Positions 1 through 13,604 of a DNA stretch of 64,000 nucleotides are shown here, piece after piece (the stretch's first letter is position 1; every line of letters begins with the position of its first letter). A model generated the notes under the pieces. The model was not told where the DNA came from. It searched no databases and saw only the letters and a program-made list of their open reading frames with translations. Origin of the DNA: Auanema rhodensis (lineage: Eukaryota > Animalia > Nematoda). The stretch spans positions 16,554,001 through 16,618,000 of the forward strand of contig OZ059896.1 in the NCBI GenBank assembly GCA_964057225.1, given 5' to 3'. The position numbers were made by a program, and so were the translations under genes.

Positions 1-894
1 TCTATGAATGTATACATGAATCAAGGTAATTATGCTTTGATGAGAAGAAGAATAAAAGGATTAAAAATATATTTTTATGAATGAATAAGACTATTTTCTT
101 TGTATTTTATTCATTTTTATTGATTAGTCAATATTAAAAATGTGTTTTCTTATATTTGACAATCAAGCTTTGATCTTTATAATAGGAAAATAGAACGGAA
201 TATTGTAGTAATCAAGGAAATATTTTAAGAAACTCAAAAGCATTTGAGATTTCAGAGAAAATTGAATCAGTTTTCTTTTACAGTATTCCTACAGTAATAT
301 TCTCAATCAAATTTAATTCATTTCGTGTTTTTTCGTTTAAAATTTGTTCTCAACTTCAAAACTTCTCAACATTTATGCTCATCAGCTTTTCCTTCATCGC
401 TAAAAATTTAAGAGATTAAGAGAAATAGAGAGAGAGTGAGAGAGAGACAGAGAGGGAGGGAGAGAGAGAGAAATCTTTCTAATATTCTTTGTGGATATTT
501 AATTATTTGTGTCCAGTCGAAATTATAATGAAAGGAATGAAAATCAGACAACCTAAACAACCTTTTAAACAATCGAACGAACATGAAGATGATGATGATA
601 ACGAAGAAGAATATTTTGAAGAGACTAAGCTTAAAACTTGAGCGGAAAGAACAAATATACAGATGTTTAAATGAATAAACATGATTAAAAGCTACTTACA
701 TAGATGAACATTCAAATATTTAGAAGGAAAATCTTTTTTTTTTCATTTTAAATGCACAATAATACGAATTGTTACAATAAAAATAGAAAATGTAATGATT
801 CAATCAAAATAAATTCAAACTAAATTAATAATTATATAATGATTAATTTCAAAAATTCATTAATATAATAATAAATAAATAAAATAAAATAAAT

Positions 895-3157
895 TTATTG
901 AGCTGAAGATGAAACTGTTATTATAGTAGCTTTTCTTGTTGAAGATTGAGATAAAAATGGAAATATTTGATTGAAACGATGTTTAATAGGATCCATTAAA
1001 TCTTTAGTAAATACAATCATAATTAATCTAAATTATATTTTATTTATTTTTATAATAATAATGAGAAAACATATTTTATTTTTCAAATAATAGTTCAAGT
1101 TTTAAGAAAAACAGGTGATATCAAAGTTTTAAAAAGTATAAAGTTTTAAGAAAATTTAATAAAAAAATAAATTGAAATATATAATTAACTAACCCATCAA
1201 TAGCATTCATAGATAACCATACAATAGTTAAACATAAAAAGATATACCAAGATTCAAATGGCATAATTTCAACAAGAAATTGTGAAAATAGCATATCAAC
1301 CAAATATAAGCAATCTTGCATCAATTTCTATTTTGAAATAAAAATTATTTTCATATTTTACTTGTTAAGCTTAGATGAAAGATGTAGTTCTCCTACATAC
1401 CTGTGCAAATAATATCCGATTACGTTTCATACGTTTTGTTGTTTCAGATTCTGATATTCCTCGATTTTTTACCTTAAAATATACATTTATAAGAATTAAA
1501 ATTATTTTTTATTTTTTTAATAAAAATATTGATTTTTTGAAAAATTACCGTATCATTAACTAATTTAGCAAATGTTATTAAATTACAAATAAACATGAAT
1601 AAAGTACAAATGTAGACAAGTATTCCAGATGCTTCAAGTACTATTCCTTTAGCTCCTGTCCAAACCAAATATTCAAAATGAAAATAATATTCGATTCCAA
1701 CTGAAAATATTAGAAATTTGTTTAATTTTAATTAATAATTAACATATTTTTATATTTTATTAATTAATTTAACTATCAAATCACAGAGTATAGTTTACTT
1801 CTCATATAAGATACATATATCACACACACACATATGTATATTTGCTCTTATGCTCTTAAAGTTTATATTTAAAACTTTTTTGAAATATTTTATGATAATT
1901 ATAGGTTGAAATAACATTTTTTCATTTAAAAAAAACTTTTACCTATAGCACAGAATACAATGACAACAAGAATAACAACAAAGCAAACAAGTGAAGCTAT
2001 CTGAATAGAAATAGAATATAGTTATACATATAGATAAATTTTATATTTAATATTATAAAATGTATAATTAGTTGAATATAGAAAATATAATTTACCAATG
2101 AGGCTTTTACAGAACAAAATTTTTGATAATACCGCACAGAGAAGCAAGCAATCACACGGTTTACAGAAGCTACTACCTGAAACAAGTTGATATTTTGACT
2201 TTCTTCATGAAATAAAGTAATAAAGTGAAAAGATTAAAGTTTTAAAGAGAATTATGATAAAAATCTTTAGGAATTTCAAGAATTCTGAGATTCTATTACC
2301 TGTACCAGTACTCCTCCTAGATAGAATGGTCCACCAATTGCAGCTCCAACAACTCTATTAATAACAGTAACCCATGAAATATCATATGATGGTTGACTAA
2401 ATTATAATAATTATAAATTAAAAGAAAAAATAAGAAAATCATACATAAATGTAGTTGGAACAGAAAATAATAAAAAAACAAAAGAAATAAATATATTATA
2501 AAATGCTTTTGTTCCACATAAAACAAAAAATGATGATGGATTCTTTTTCTTAATAACACTAATAAGTATATATGAATTACCAATAGCTCCAGTTAATGAT
2601 ATCTATTAAATTAAAATTTTCTGTTAATTTATAAAATTATAATTAAAAGAATTACACATAATATGATAATTCCACCAAATAATAAGAAACTAGGTTCAGG
2701 AATCATTGATAAACCTTCTTCGGTTTCATGTAGATTCTAGAAATATTTATTAAATGTATATTATTTGTTTTTTTAAGAATATATTTCATTATTTATATTG
2801 TATATTATATAGTTTTAATAATTTATTTATTTATTATATTATAATTTAAAAAAACTAGATCATCATACCGCCATTGTTGATGAAGTTGATTGAGAAGGAA
2901 TTGTTGGTATTGGAGCTAAGGTTCTCAGAACACGTGTTGTTCGAGGATTCTGAATGTTTATACAAATTATATACTAAATTATATGTATAATTAACGATTA
3001 TTATTTTTTTTTCAAATTTGATTATCAAAAGTTTTTTTTTGGTTTTTTGAAATACCATAGTAGTCAACTCCATAGGTACTGTCTTGTCAAATTCAATAAG
3101 ATTTTCCAAATCAGATAGTAAGCCAGATATGTGGGAATTTTCAGTTCCTGAGGTCAT
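895..3157 (-). CDS. Serpentine 7TM chemoreceptor, Srx-like class, ~382 aa, 11 exons (3157-3056, 2949-2869, 2736-2656, 2602-2445, 2396-2300, 2176-2096, 2000-1943, 1700-1549, 1472-1401, 1327-1194, 1027-895)
   Basis: Manual splice model: all introns GT..AG, exon phases consistent (1149 nt including stop). The translation has about seven hydrophobic segments and Srx-like signatures: GAIGNSYIL..SSFFVLCGTKA, VPTTF, SVNRVIA..YQKF, RNRILFAQ..QDCLYLVD, W..MNAIDGLIMIVF. Family assigned by motif recognition, not by a search. Confidence 0.85.
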
Positions 3158-4117
3158 AAGAGAAGAATGATCTGTTTCGTATATAAATTTTATAAATAAA
3201 TATAATTAAAAGAATTATAAAAATTAGGTTTAAATGAAAATTTGAAAAAAGTTGTAACATGTAGTAGTTTGCACCAGACATTTGGTGATCTGATCAAGAG
3301 TCAAGCAGTCAAGCTATAATACTTGAACTGATCATTAATATGAAAATAAGAAAAAAAACTGAATGACATTTTCTAATTAAGCTTTACTTATAAAGCTTGA
3401 TGATGTCGTGGATTTGAAATTGAATAAAGATCTAATGATTGTGCGTAACTAAGCGGCAAATTCTAAAATATATATAGATAGAAATAGACATATAGAGAGA
3501 ATAAAGGAGGGAAGAGGTGGGGGAATGGAAAGAATAGAAAAAGTCTCGAAAGAGAGAAAGGTACGCTTATCGCTTATATTCATTCTATTTTTATGATATA
3601 AGCTTGTTGAGGGACTGGATATGTCTTTGGCAGACACATCACAGAGAAATTTTATCTCAAAATACGGTAAAATGAATAAAGTTCGTTAAGCATATCAGAT
3701 GTTACATTTACCAAAGAATTATCTATCTATGTACATATGTATATACATAGATATATCTATCTATTCACATGGTTATATATACCTTGGTTAAGAAATAAAG
3801 CAAGGGAATATTTTTTCAAGATGAAAACCTTGACTACTATAGAATCGTAAATGAAATATCTTTAAAGTTTTAAAAGTTTAAAACAAAGTTATTAACAGAA
3901 AAGCTTAAATTTGTTTTTATATAAAAAAATTTTGAAAACTTACCTTTTCCTTATATGAAGAAAAATACACTGATTGGAAGAAAGAGAAAGAGGTTTTTAA
4001 AAGGTTGTGGGAATATTTCCAAGGGAAAAATGAGAATTATCAAAGGAAATTTCAATATTTTAAGAAAATAAACTTCAATTAGGTTTTTTTTGGAATTCGG
4101 TATAAGCATAAACACCA

Positions 4118-4373
4118 GCCGTAAATAATATGTATTTTGCCGTTCTAGCGCACCTTTTCGCCCATCCTCAATTTTCTCATTTTTAAGCCATTTTAAGGCT
4201 TATTTTTAACATAAATAAGTCCTAAGACCATTTCGACCACTGGATTTCGACCACATTTTTGAAGTAGCGCATTTCGACCTTTTGACCATTTTTGAAAATT
4301 GTCTAAAATAACACATTTTCGAAGAGTTAGGACAAAAAAAAATTACGGCAAAATACATATTATTGCCGTAAAT
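4118..4373. mobile_element. Small non-autonomous element (MITE or Helentron/DINE-like) with 20-bp inverted repeats
   Basis: AATAATATGTATTTTGCCGT (4124-4143) is the exact reverse complement of 4345-4364. GCCGTA direct repeats flank it (4118-4123, 4365-4370). Internal ATTTCGACC occurs three times (~4230-4280). Confidence 0.6.
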
Positions 4374-7300
4374 GTCAAGCAACTTATTAACCGTTGTTAT
4401 CTTCGTATACCATTTGGCTTTTTGATTTTTATCCAAAGTTTGAACTTTTTCCTTAAAAATTGGTCCTGAGGATAAATATTTGAAAACTTATTTCAGTTTT
4501 TGGTCATTTCAGCTCGTAAACATCTCTTTCTTGTCGCCTAGTTTGTCTAAAGTCTCATGGGTATATGACATAAGCTTCATATGGCAATCAGTTCTTTGCT
4601 AAAGATGTTTCAAAACTTGTCAATTGTAAATTTGAGTCTGCGCACTTGGTCCTTTTCCTATTTTTGGGCCAATAGATCCATCATGGCCATAATATCTTTT
4701 GCTTATTTACAAAAGAAAATTTGAGAGTAATGGAGAGGACATAAAGAGAGAGAGAGAGAGAGAGAGAGAGAAATTTACAAGATTTCAAAACTTTCCAGGT
4801 TATACAACGTTTTATCTGCAATAGCTTTTGATTTCAAGCCATTCTTAATCAATTTGTTATAAAACAATGATGGTTTTCATCATATTTAGATTGAATTTCA
4901 TAAGTTGAAATCTTCTAGTTTCTTTATTTCTCTTTTGCATTCTATTATCTTTCGAGCTTTCTCTCACTTTTTCTATCATTCTTTCATTTTTACACCGGCT
5001 TACTCATCTCTCTCGATAAGAAAGAGAGGGCAGATCAGAGAGAATGTGAAGAGCCTGATGCCCTCCAGGCTATATCTATCTATCTCTATCTCTTTGCTCC
5101 TTAACTACATAGCATACGTTCTTTTGAATAATTCAATCTATATGCCTGAGTATTAATCCATTTTTATCATTTTTATTCTTTTCTTCTATTTTATTTTACA
5201 ATACTATGTATCTATAATGGAATGTAATCAGAATCTAGTGATCTTTAAAGCTGCAACGATGACAACACAACAACTACACAGAACCTATTTTCTTCTATTT
5301 GTCTTCTTCACAGATTTTTTTATTCAAAAACTTTAAAAACTATATTAATCTACAAAAACTATTCTGTATAATCTTCTATGAATAGCTTATTGAAAGATAC
5401 TAAAAACTGAAATTCAGAAAAGATTACGACACACTTTGTTGTAATCTGCATACTTGCTCAAGTGGCCATTTACTTCTCATATAATCTTGACTAGCCAGCT
5501 TAGTTTCATATCTGATCTTACTTAACTCTCACAAACTTTAATTTATACTTTATTTTAACTATAAACTGATTTGCTTTTATAGTTTTTAATAGTATTTAAT
5601 CTATTTTTCACGTTTTATTATCATTTTTCTCTTCTCGTTCAGATTAATGGATTCACGAGCAACTGTTGCTCTCCGGTCAGCCAATCTTCAATATTCCCAA
5701 AATAATATTATGTTTCATTGAATTAATTGAAAATAAAAACATATTTTATTAAAATAAATACATTTTTACTTCTATCATCATTATAGTTTCCTCTTTTTCA
5801 AACTTAATTTATTCCTTGAATTCTCTTAAACTATCAACTGTCTTCTGATTTTTTTGCCCGTTACCCTGTCGTATTACATCAATTACTTTTTTTTAATTTA
5901 TGAACAATTTTATTTGAAAAATGAAAAAAAGAAATGATTATATGGTGTGTATGTTTCATCAACAAGTCATCAGACCGTTTCAATACAAGTCGGCTACTGC
6001 TCAAGGCCAAAGTTTGCCGTCGTCCTTGTGTGCTGTGTGACGGTGGATGATAAGTTGATGTTATAACTTCGTCTATCTTCATCTCATCGATCATAACTTT
6101 AACTTCGAAATGGCTAAATATGTGAGAAAAGCGCTGTTCAATATTAAGTTTTAAGTTTTTTCTTTTTTGGTTTTTTTTTGTTTTCAGCCTATGCTCCAAA
6201 TCACTAAAATTGAATTTCATATCCACAACCATTTTCGGCTATTTTTTGTTTTTCTTTAAAACAATATGTATGTATTTCAATATAATATTCTGAGTTTTAT
6301 GACAGAATTCATGTAAATCTCATAATCAAATATGTTTTATATCGAACATTACGTTACTTTCCTTCCTTCTAGGACTGGGGTTATCATCCTCACCATGTTT
6401 TCCTTTCCTGTTTGTCTCTAACCAATCGTTACCTCTCGGGCTTTCTATCTCGCTCTCTCTCTGTATCTTCTTCAGTCCTTGCTTATTCTCACTTTATTTC
6501 TATCTCTTGCACCCTCCTCTTCCTCTACAGTTGTTCAGCTTCTGTGTTCGTGGTTATCGTCGACTGTTAATCCGCTTTGACACGCTTCATCATGGTTTGA
6601 CTGTCCTTCTGCTTTTTCACTTCTTATTATACTAGCTAACAAGCACTTTTTCCTGATTTTATTTCACTTTTCAATCCTTTTAACCTCTACATCTTTCTAT
6701 TCTATTCTTTATTGTCTCTTCTTCTCATCCAGCAAACGATTTTTATCATCAAAAACTGCTAAATAGCCTACTTTCACTCAATCTGACCTTTGCCAATACC
6801 CATGTAACGTCGTCTTCATTCTCTTCTACTAGTAAAACTATGTCATCACTCTTCAATTACTCCAAATCATCATCATCATCATCAGCTGGTTTGTTCCGGT
6901 AAATTAGTGAATTTACATGTAAATTTCTGATCGAATTGAAGTAGACATGTATTTCTCTTTTTGTCTCAAATTTTACAAAGGATCTCCGATCTTTTATGCC
7001 TTTCACACATAAACATATTTCTCTCTATCTCGTTTTCTCTCTTTCTCTTTTGCATAATAATAATAATTCCGGTTAGTTATATTGTAATTATGAATACTAT
7101 ACGTATGAAACAGCCTAATAGACTGAGGATACATGATGCACTAGTCTGAGATTTTCATTTTAACTTTCTTTTCGGACTTTTGTCATTTTCAATCTCTTTC
7201 ATCAAAATATGCTGGTCTTTTCCATCTTTTCCAATCGCATCAAGAATTGTAATTTATAATTTAATACTCAGAATTTAAATTAAGTTTTATTCCTATGTTT

Positions 7301-10300
7301 TTGATTACTTATAATCATAAATCATAGAATATGATGATTATAATCAGCATCATCAGCATTAATGAAATGAAAATGATCATTAAGCTTAATCGGCAAATGT
7401 CGTATCATCTACTTATGGTATGAAACATCTGTAAAACTTTCTGACTGAATTGTCTCTCAGACTTTCCAAGCTTACTGTGTTTTTCACAGAGTAAGTTTTC
7501 TAATCTTTCGGATGTTAAGAATATTGAAGTGTTTTGTGTTCCCAAATTTCATTTAGTGAATAAAAAGATTTTAATTACAAACGTGAATGATCAACAGTCT
7601 ATTATACATCAGATGAACTTACTACAAATCCCTCAAAACCAACAATCAGAACTTAACGTCAAAAGAAGAGTATTGTAGAGAAGAAGATGCAGCAGAAGGT
7701 TCAGATGCTTGATATAATAGTCGTTGTTATGAATACTTTCTAACCAAAACAAGAAATATTTAATTTCTTTCAAATATGAATATTTCATTCCAAATTTAAA
7801 GGAAACGCTGAGCATAAAAGGCCTGAAGCCGTCCATTCTTCAATCTCTAAAACCGAATGTCAAAGAGGTGACAAAGAATAAACAATTAAAGTTTTGAGCT
7901 CTATTATATGCAAAAAGAACATTTTTGTATCTCATCTCTCATACAACCATAACGAAAAGCTTTATTCACGCCTATTCAGGCTTATTGGTCATCTAATTAT
8001 AGGCTATTTGTCTTTTATCCTTCATCAGACCAAAATAGCTTATGACCAGGAGGCATACATACACACCTACATCTTCACTTATTCGTCTCATCTGCCTGGC
8101 CAACACCTGACTGTCATTAACTTACCTATGGTAATATGTAAATAGATTCTGAATCGTTCTGTTTCTGCCTGAGCTAATTGTTAGAAATTCATGAGATCAC
8201 TCATCCAAAGCCTTTTGTTCTCATCATCTCATTCACCTATGTCTCACCTACAGCTGACCCCCCCCCCCCTACCCTTTTCAACTAAAAGCAGTATCTTGCC
8301 ACCTTCCCAAATTCAGTCATCCACAACCTAATTAAGACATTCATCTACATTTGTATCTGTACTTATGTATATGTGTGAACATGCATATACGCACATATAC
8401 ACTAATAGGCTTTACACTTCAGCCAGACCGTTTGGTTGGCTTTTACCTTCCATACTACTTTCACTTCAAAATCATCACTGTTCCCTTCGTCCATCATTCA
8501 TTGGTTAGTTACAACACTAGTTTGCCGTCAAATGTCTTCAAACGTTTCCCTGAAAAGCAGCCCCATTGTGTCCACTAAGCATACAGTGCAGTATCAGTAT
8601 ATATTTGAGTTTTTCACTGTTACATCCCTCATTCAAAATGGCCATAAATATCTTTCGTCCCATTCAAAAGTTCTTGCAAAAAATTGTTTCTTTGCACATA
8701 CTTAACCATGAGCAACATGTGATCAACATGTTACTAAACAGATAGTTGATCTTTCACCACCCAAATATATAAAAAACTTGAAATTTTGATGTGAAATAAA
8801 GGGTTTAACATATATTATTGGCCGTCCATCATATAGAATTGTTGTTATTTATCCTCAAAAAAAAATTTCATGATCTTCGTCTCTGACTTGTGCCTTCAAG
8901 GCAGTCAAGCTATTGACTTGAAAGGCTTTCTCTTCAGTTTTCCTTCTATAATCTAATTGTTCTTTATGAATTTTATATTATTTGTTGACACAACTCACAT
9001 TGAACCGATTTTCGGTTGCTATTTCAGAAAAAATCTTTTTTTTTTATTTAGAAGTTACCAGAAAAGAATCCTATGCACTTCGTATTGTAGATATTTGAAG
9101 TAATATGTTGACGAAACAGCTTTACAACATCAAAAACTTGAAAATTCAAATCATATTTCGACCAATCACAATATCAACCGTACTTTTCGGCTTTTAATTT
9201 GAAAATGAATTTTTACTTATCACACCTGAGCTGACGCAGTTTTGCATTATAATCCACGTAAAGTGTTCACGTATTAAACATATAATATGCTAATTATTAT
9301 AAATTTATATACATATAGTTTATAAAACATCTTGAAAAGTTTTCCTTTTTTTCGTTGACAAAATAAACTTGAATTTTCATGAGCACTGCTTATCATTGTT
9401 TCAAATCTTCTGCAACATTCTCTAATAGCTCCATTATGAGAGATTTATGCTTTTAATTTGCTTTGTCTATACATAGAGACTAACTCTTCCTTTTTTCTTT
9501 TACAAAAATCTCTTTTATGAGCATAATTTATTTCAAATTTTTCTATTGGCGCTTAAAGAAAAAGGTTTTTGTTCATTTTCTCACTTAAACTCATCTTTAT
9601 CTATCTATGAACTAGGCCAATATTGTCTAACATTATTCAATTCATTTTTAAATAAAATTTGACTAAAAAAATTAAAAAAACTTTTACTTCATTAATATGA
9701 CTTGTTGTTGATTTTCAAGCTTGATTGCCTGTTGATAAGAAAGCAACTTATCAGTAAATGACATAAGCTCTTCAATATTGTCCAGCAACATCTAATATTT
9801 TGTATTTTAAACTTCTAGAAATTTTAATTTATTTGAGAATAATATATATATAGTTTAAGAATAATATTCATATAAATCATTTGAAATTATTTTATATCTT
9901 CGTCAACATGATTTCAAACAAATCAAATGACCTTCTATTCTTTTAGATATACACATATATTCTTCTCAAAATTTTTCAGATATCTTGATATTAAATGTCT
10001 AATATAGAAAAGATAAAATGATTCTTTTAAAACATAATAAAATAGGTTTATTTTATTTCTTTTATATGAAAACTAAAAGATAAATGATATATCATAAATA
10101 TGTTTATTATGTGATTACTGTAGATTTATACATGACTTTCATCTATACATCTATGTACATCTATACATACACATATCTATCAAAATATTCCTATTTATAT
10201 CATTTTTTTCCAAATTTATATTTAAATTTATTTATTTACAGTAATTTTAATATTAAAAGTAATCATTATAATTATTTTTAATTCATTTTTTAGTTCCGTA

Positions 10301-11317
10301 GTTTTTACAGTACATGCTTCATATTTTTTTGAAACTTACATTATCGATTCAAATTTTAAAAATATAAAAATACCTAAAAACCTAAAATATCAGGAAAAAC
10401 AAAGATATTTGAAACAATATCAAGCAGATGTCTTTGGTTTATGTTGTTACTATCCTATTCATTCATTTTTCTCAATTGCTCAAATTTGACCTCTTTCTTT
10501 CTGAATATTTTCTCCTTCCCTTTCTCTTTTTTTAATCGTTTTCATATAGAATATTTTCTTTATTTGAACATATAGTGAATGATTCAATCTTTATATAATT
10601 AATAGTTTACTCCTTTCTATACTATACGCATAGTTTAGAGAAATAAAATTTCATTAAACATGAAATAGTTATGTATGATGATGAAGCATCATTGTATATA
10701 AGCCATCTGACGAAGAAATTATTCTCTTCAAATATTTTATCTGATCATTACTATTTCATATATTTAAGAGAAATTAGATATTTAATTAGACAACTATAGT
10801 CATCGATCAAATCAAAAATTTGATTTGACAGATAGTTCATTATAGCTCAAAATCTGTATTTGGTCAGTATTGTAGTATGGCAACCGGAAAAAACTAATTT
10901 TTCAAATGTTAGCTAATTAACTTAATTAATTGTAATTATGAAGCTTTATGCTCTGTTTCTTTTTAATTTTGATTAAGTATGAAGACCACACATACATACA
11001 TATGTATTTATATATTATAAATCTTTATTTCTTTTAATTTTTAATTTATCATTTGAAATGTTTTTGTTTCAATAATGCATAGAGCAGAACATTTATCATT
11101 TTGCATATTCAGCATATATGATTATCAGAATAGAATATGTGATATTAAAACTTTCAAGCTTCCTCATCGACTTTTAGAACTTCCGAATATTTTTTTTTTG
11201 ATTTTTAAAGTTTAAAGGGTACATAAGTCTTATGCGTCTAAGATTCTCTCAAATCATTCTTACTGACAATATGAGTTTATGTGTTGGAATAGTCATCACT
11301 TGTCGCGTGAATATAGT

Positions 11318-11334
11318 TCTCTCTCTCTCTCTCA

Positions 11335-11392
<58 letters not shown>
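11318..11392. repeat. (CT)n microsatellite, interrupted
   Basis: Read directly. Similar tracts at ~12296-12326, ~13564-13599, ~18053-18093 and ~21871-21951. Confidence 0.95.
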
Positions 11393-11396
<4 letters not shown>

Positions 11397-12288
11397 CTCC
11401 ATTTGCGCGAAAATGTCGAAGAATTTGCCCATAAAAGAAAAGCATATCCAGAAAAGGGAGGAACTTAAGAAGAAAGATAGTGAGAGAATATTTGAAGAGA
11501 ACGGAATAGAAATGTTGAAGTACTTTCGGAATATGGTCATCATGGGCAAGGTAAATTGAATACATAAAAGCCAGATTTTATGATGTTAGACCTTCAAATC
11601 ATATCGTTAAGTTGCATCGAAAATCATTCAAATATTATTATCTTTGATTTAATTGCTGTTTTACCTTATTCTCTCTCGAAATTTGACTACTGAAACGAAT
11701 TGTATAAGAAGACTAAAGGAAGGGAAAATGAAAGTTGCTTCTTCTACATGAAATCTTCCTATCCGTTCAATTAGGTATTACATGTATATAAATAATTTTG
11801 TTATTTATTTCTTTGTTTTAAAAAAAAATTCGACAAAGAGGTAAGATTTAACATAACACTTGATAATTAAAATTAAATTTTATTATATTCTCCCTAAAAC
11901 ATATAATTTTTTTTAATTTAGTTAATCTGATTCTATCCGGTACAAATTGTACATCTTTCAAATTTTTCCAATTTCGTTATGTGGATACTTGATAACCGCG
12001 AAAGGAAATATTTTGATTTTTCAGTTTTCTTCTGAAGCTCCGTCCGAAGAATAACATTTCCTTCAGATCTGTTCACTTGTCCATCTTTTCATCTTCCGAT
12101 TCCCGACACAAATCAAAAGTAAAAAAGTTTGAAAAACACGATTCAAATAAATTTGAAGACAAATAGTAATGGATAAAGTAGAAATAACTGTAAGTAGTTT
12201 ATTTCTTCCGGTTATTAAAATTCTTATCATTCTATTGAAATTTATTCATATCAACTATCTGGACTTCATATCAGAATACTGGACGACG

Positions 12289-12330
<42 letters not shown>

Positions 12331-13560
12331 CTATCTTATTCTGTTCGGAAGCTTCAATATCACATCTTATTATTATTAGTAGTAGTAGTAGTCGTTATAA
12401 TACTCTTCTTTACATCACTTTTCAAGTTTTTTTTAAACTTTGTCTAATTCAAATTCTAGAATATAAATATAATATTTATAGTAGTATTTATTTCATTTTA
12501 TTATATTTCCATAACATTTCCATTTTTTATTTTTTAATTCAATTCAACAACTAAAATTTCAATTTTTAATGTTCAAAGAATTCCTTGTAGTTTTAGAAAA
12601 AAAACTTTTTTTTGATGTTAGCCGACTGAATTGAATGATCGAAGTGAATTCGTTTAGAATTTGGATTGTATAATACACATACACATACGAATTTTTAAAA
12701 AAGATTTTCATCTTTTCTTCTATAAATGTTTTAACTATAAATTGAATGTTACATACATACATACATATAGTTAGCATAAGTTAAGAATATATATATGTAA
12801 GTATGTATAAGAGAGGAATGTTATTTGTATATTTTTTTTATCAAATCTATTATTTCATATGTTTATTTATAGTTAGATAGATGGCGTAACATATTACTCT
12901 TATAGTACTCTTAACTATGCCTTAGCTTTCTTCATGTCCACCGATACCACACAAAGGTCGAGTTATTAGACATATTATCTAATAGCTCTTTATCACATCT
13001 ATCACTCGTTAAGGCTTGTACACTAATGAGCATTTTCTTGATATCTCATTAACTATATGTATACATAGTTAAGATATATTTATATTTTTTAAGTCCCACT
13101 CACATGAGATTCTCTCAATTTTACTTGTATGTTCTTGCTCAATATATAATATAAATCTCTTGATTCTATTTGGTCAAAATTAGCTCATGTGGCTGGTAAA
13201 TCTGACAGCTGAAGCGTGATGTTTTGAGTTTGCTTTCAAAGCGATTAACAACTAATCAGATTGTATGCATCATCTTCTGCCTCTTCATGCCGAACTTCAT
13301 GCTTATACACTATAACATTTTAATTTTTATCTTAAGCATTACAACATGAAACAAATGTTTTTTAATAAAAATCATTACAAAAAGAAAAAGTTGTATAACT
13401 AGATGTACTCCTATGGTAAATGTTCAAACTAATTATCAAAATATTAATTGACATGAAAGACTATTAGACAAGTGTATTAACTAGGTTTTACATGTATTCA
13501 CATTCAAATGTGTGAAAATTAGCAAAACCACCTTCTTAAACAAATTTCTTCTAGTCTCCT

Positions 13561-13604
<44 letters not shown>

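Noticed and set aside
8192-8214. TGAGATCACTCATCCAAAGCC resembles bantam/miR-80-family mature miRNAs
   Set aside because: No complementary arm on either side, so no pre-miRNA hairpin.
10807-10828. Hairpin TCAAATCAAA-AA-TTTGATTTGA
   Set aside because: Short, AT-rich and expected by chance; no supporting context.
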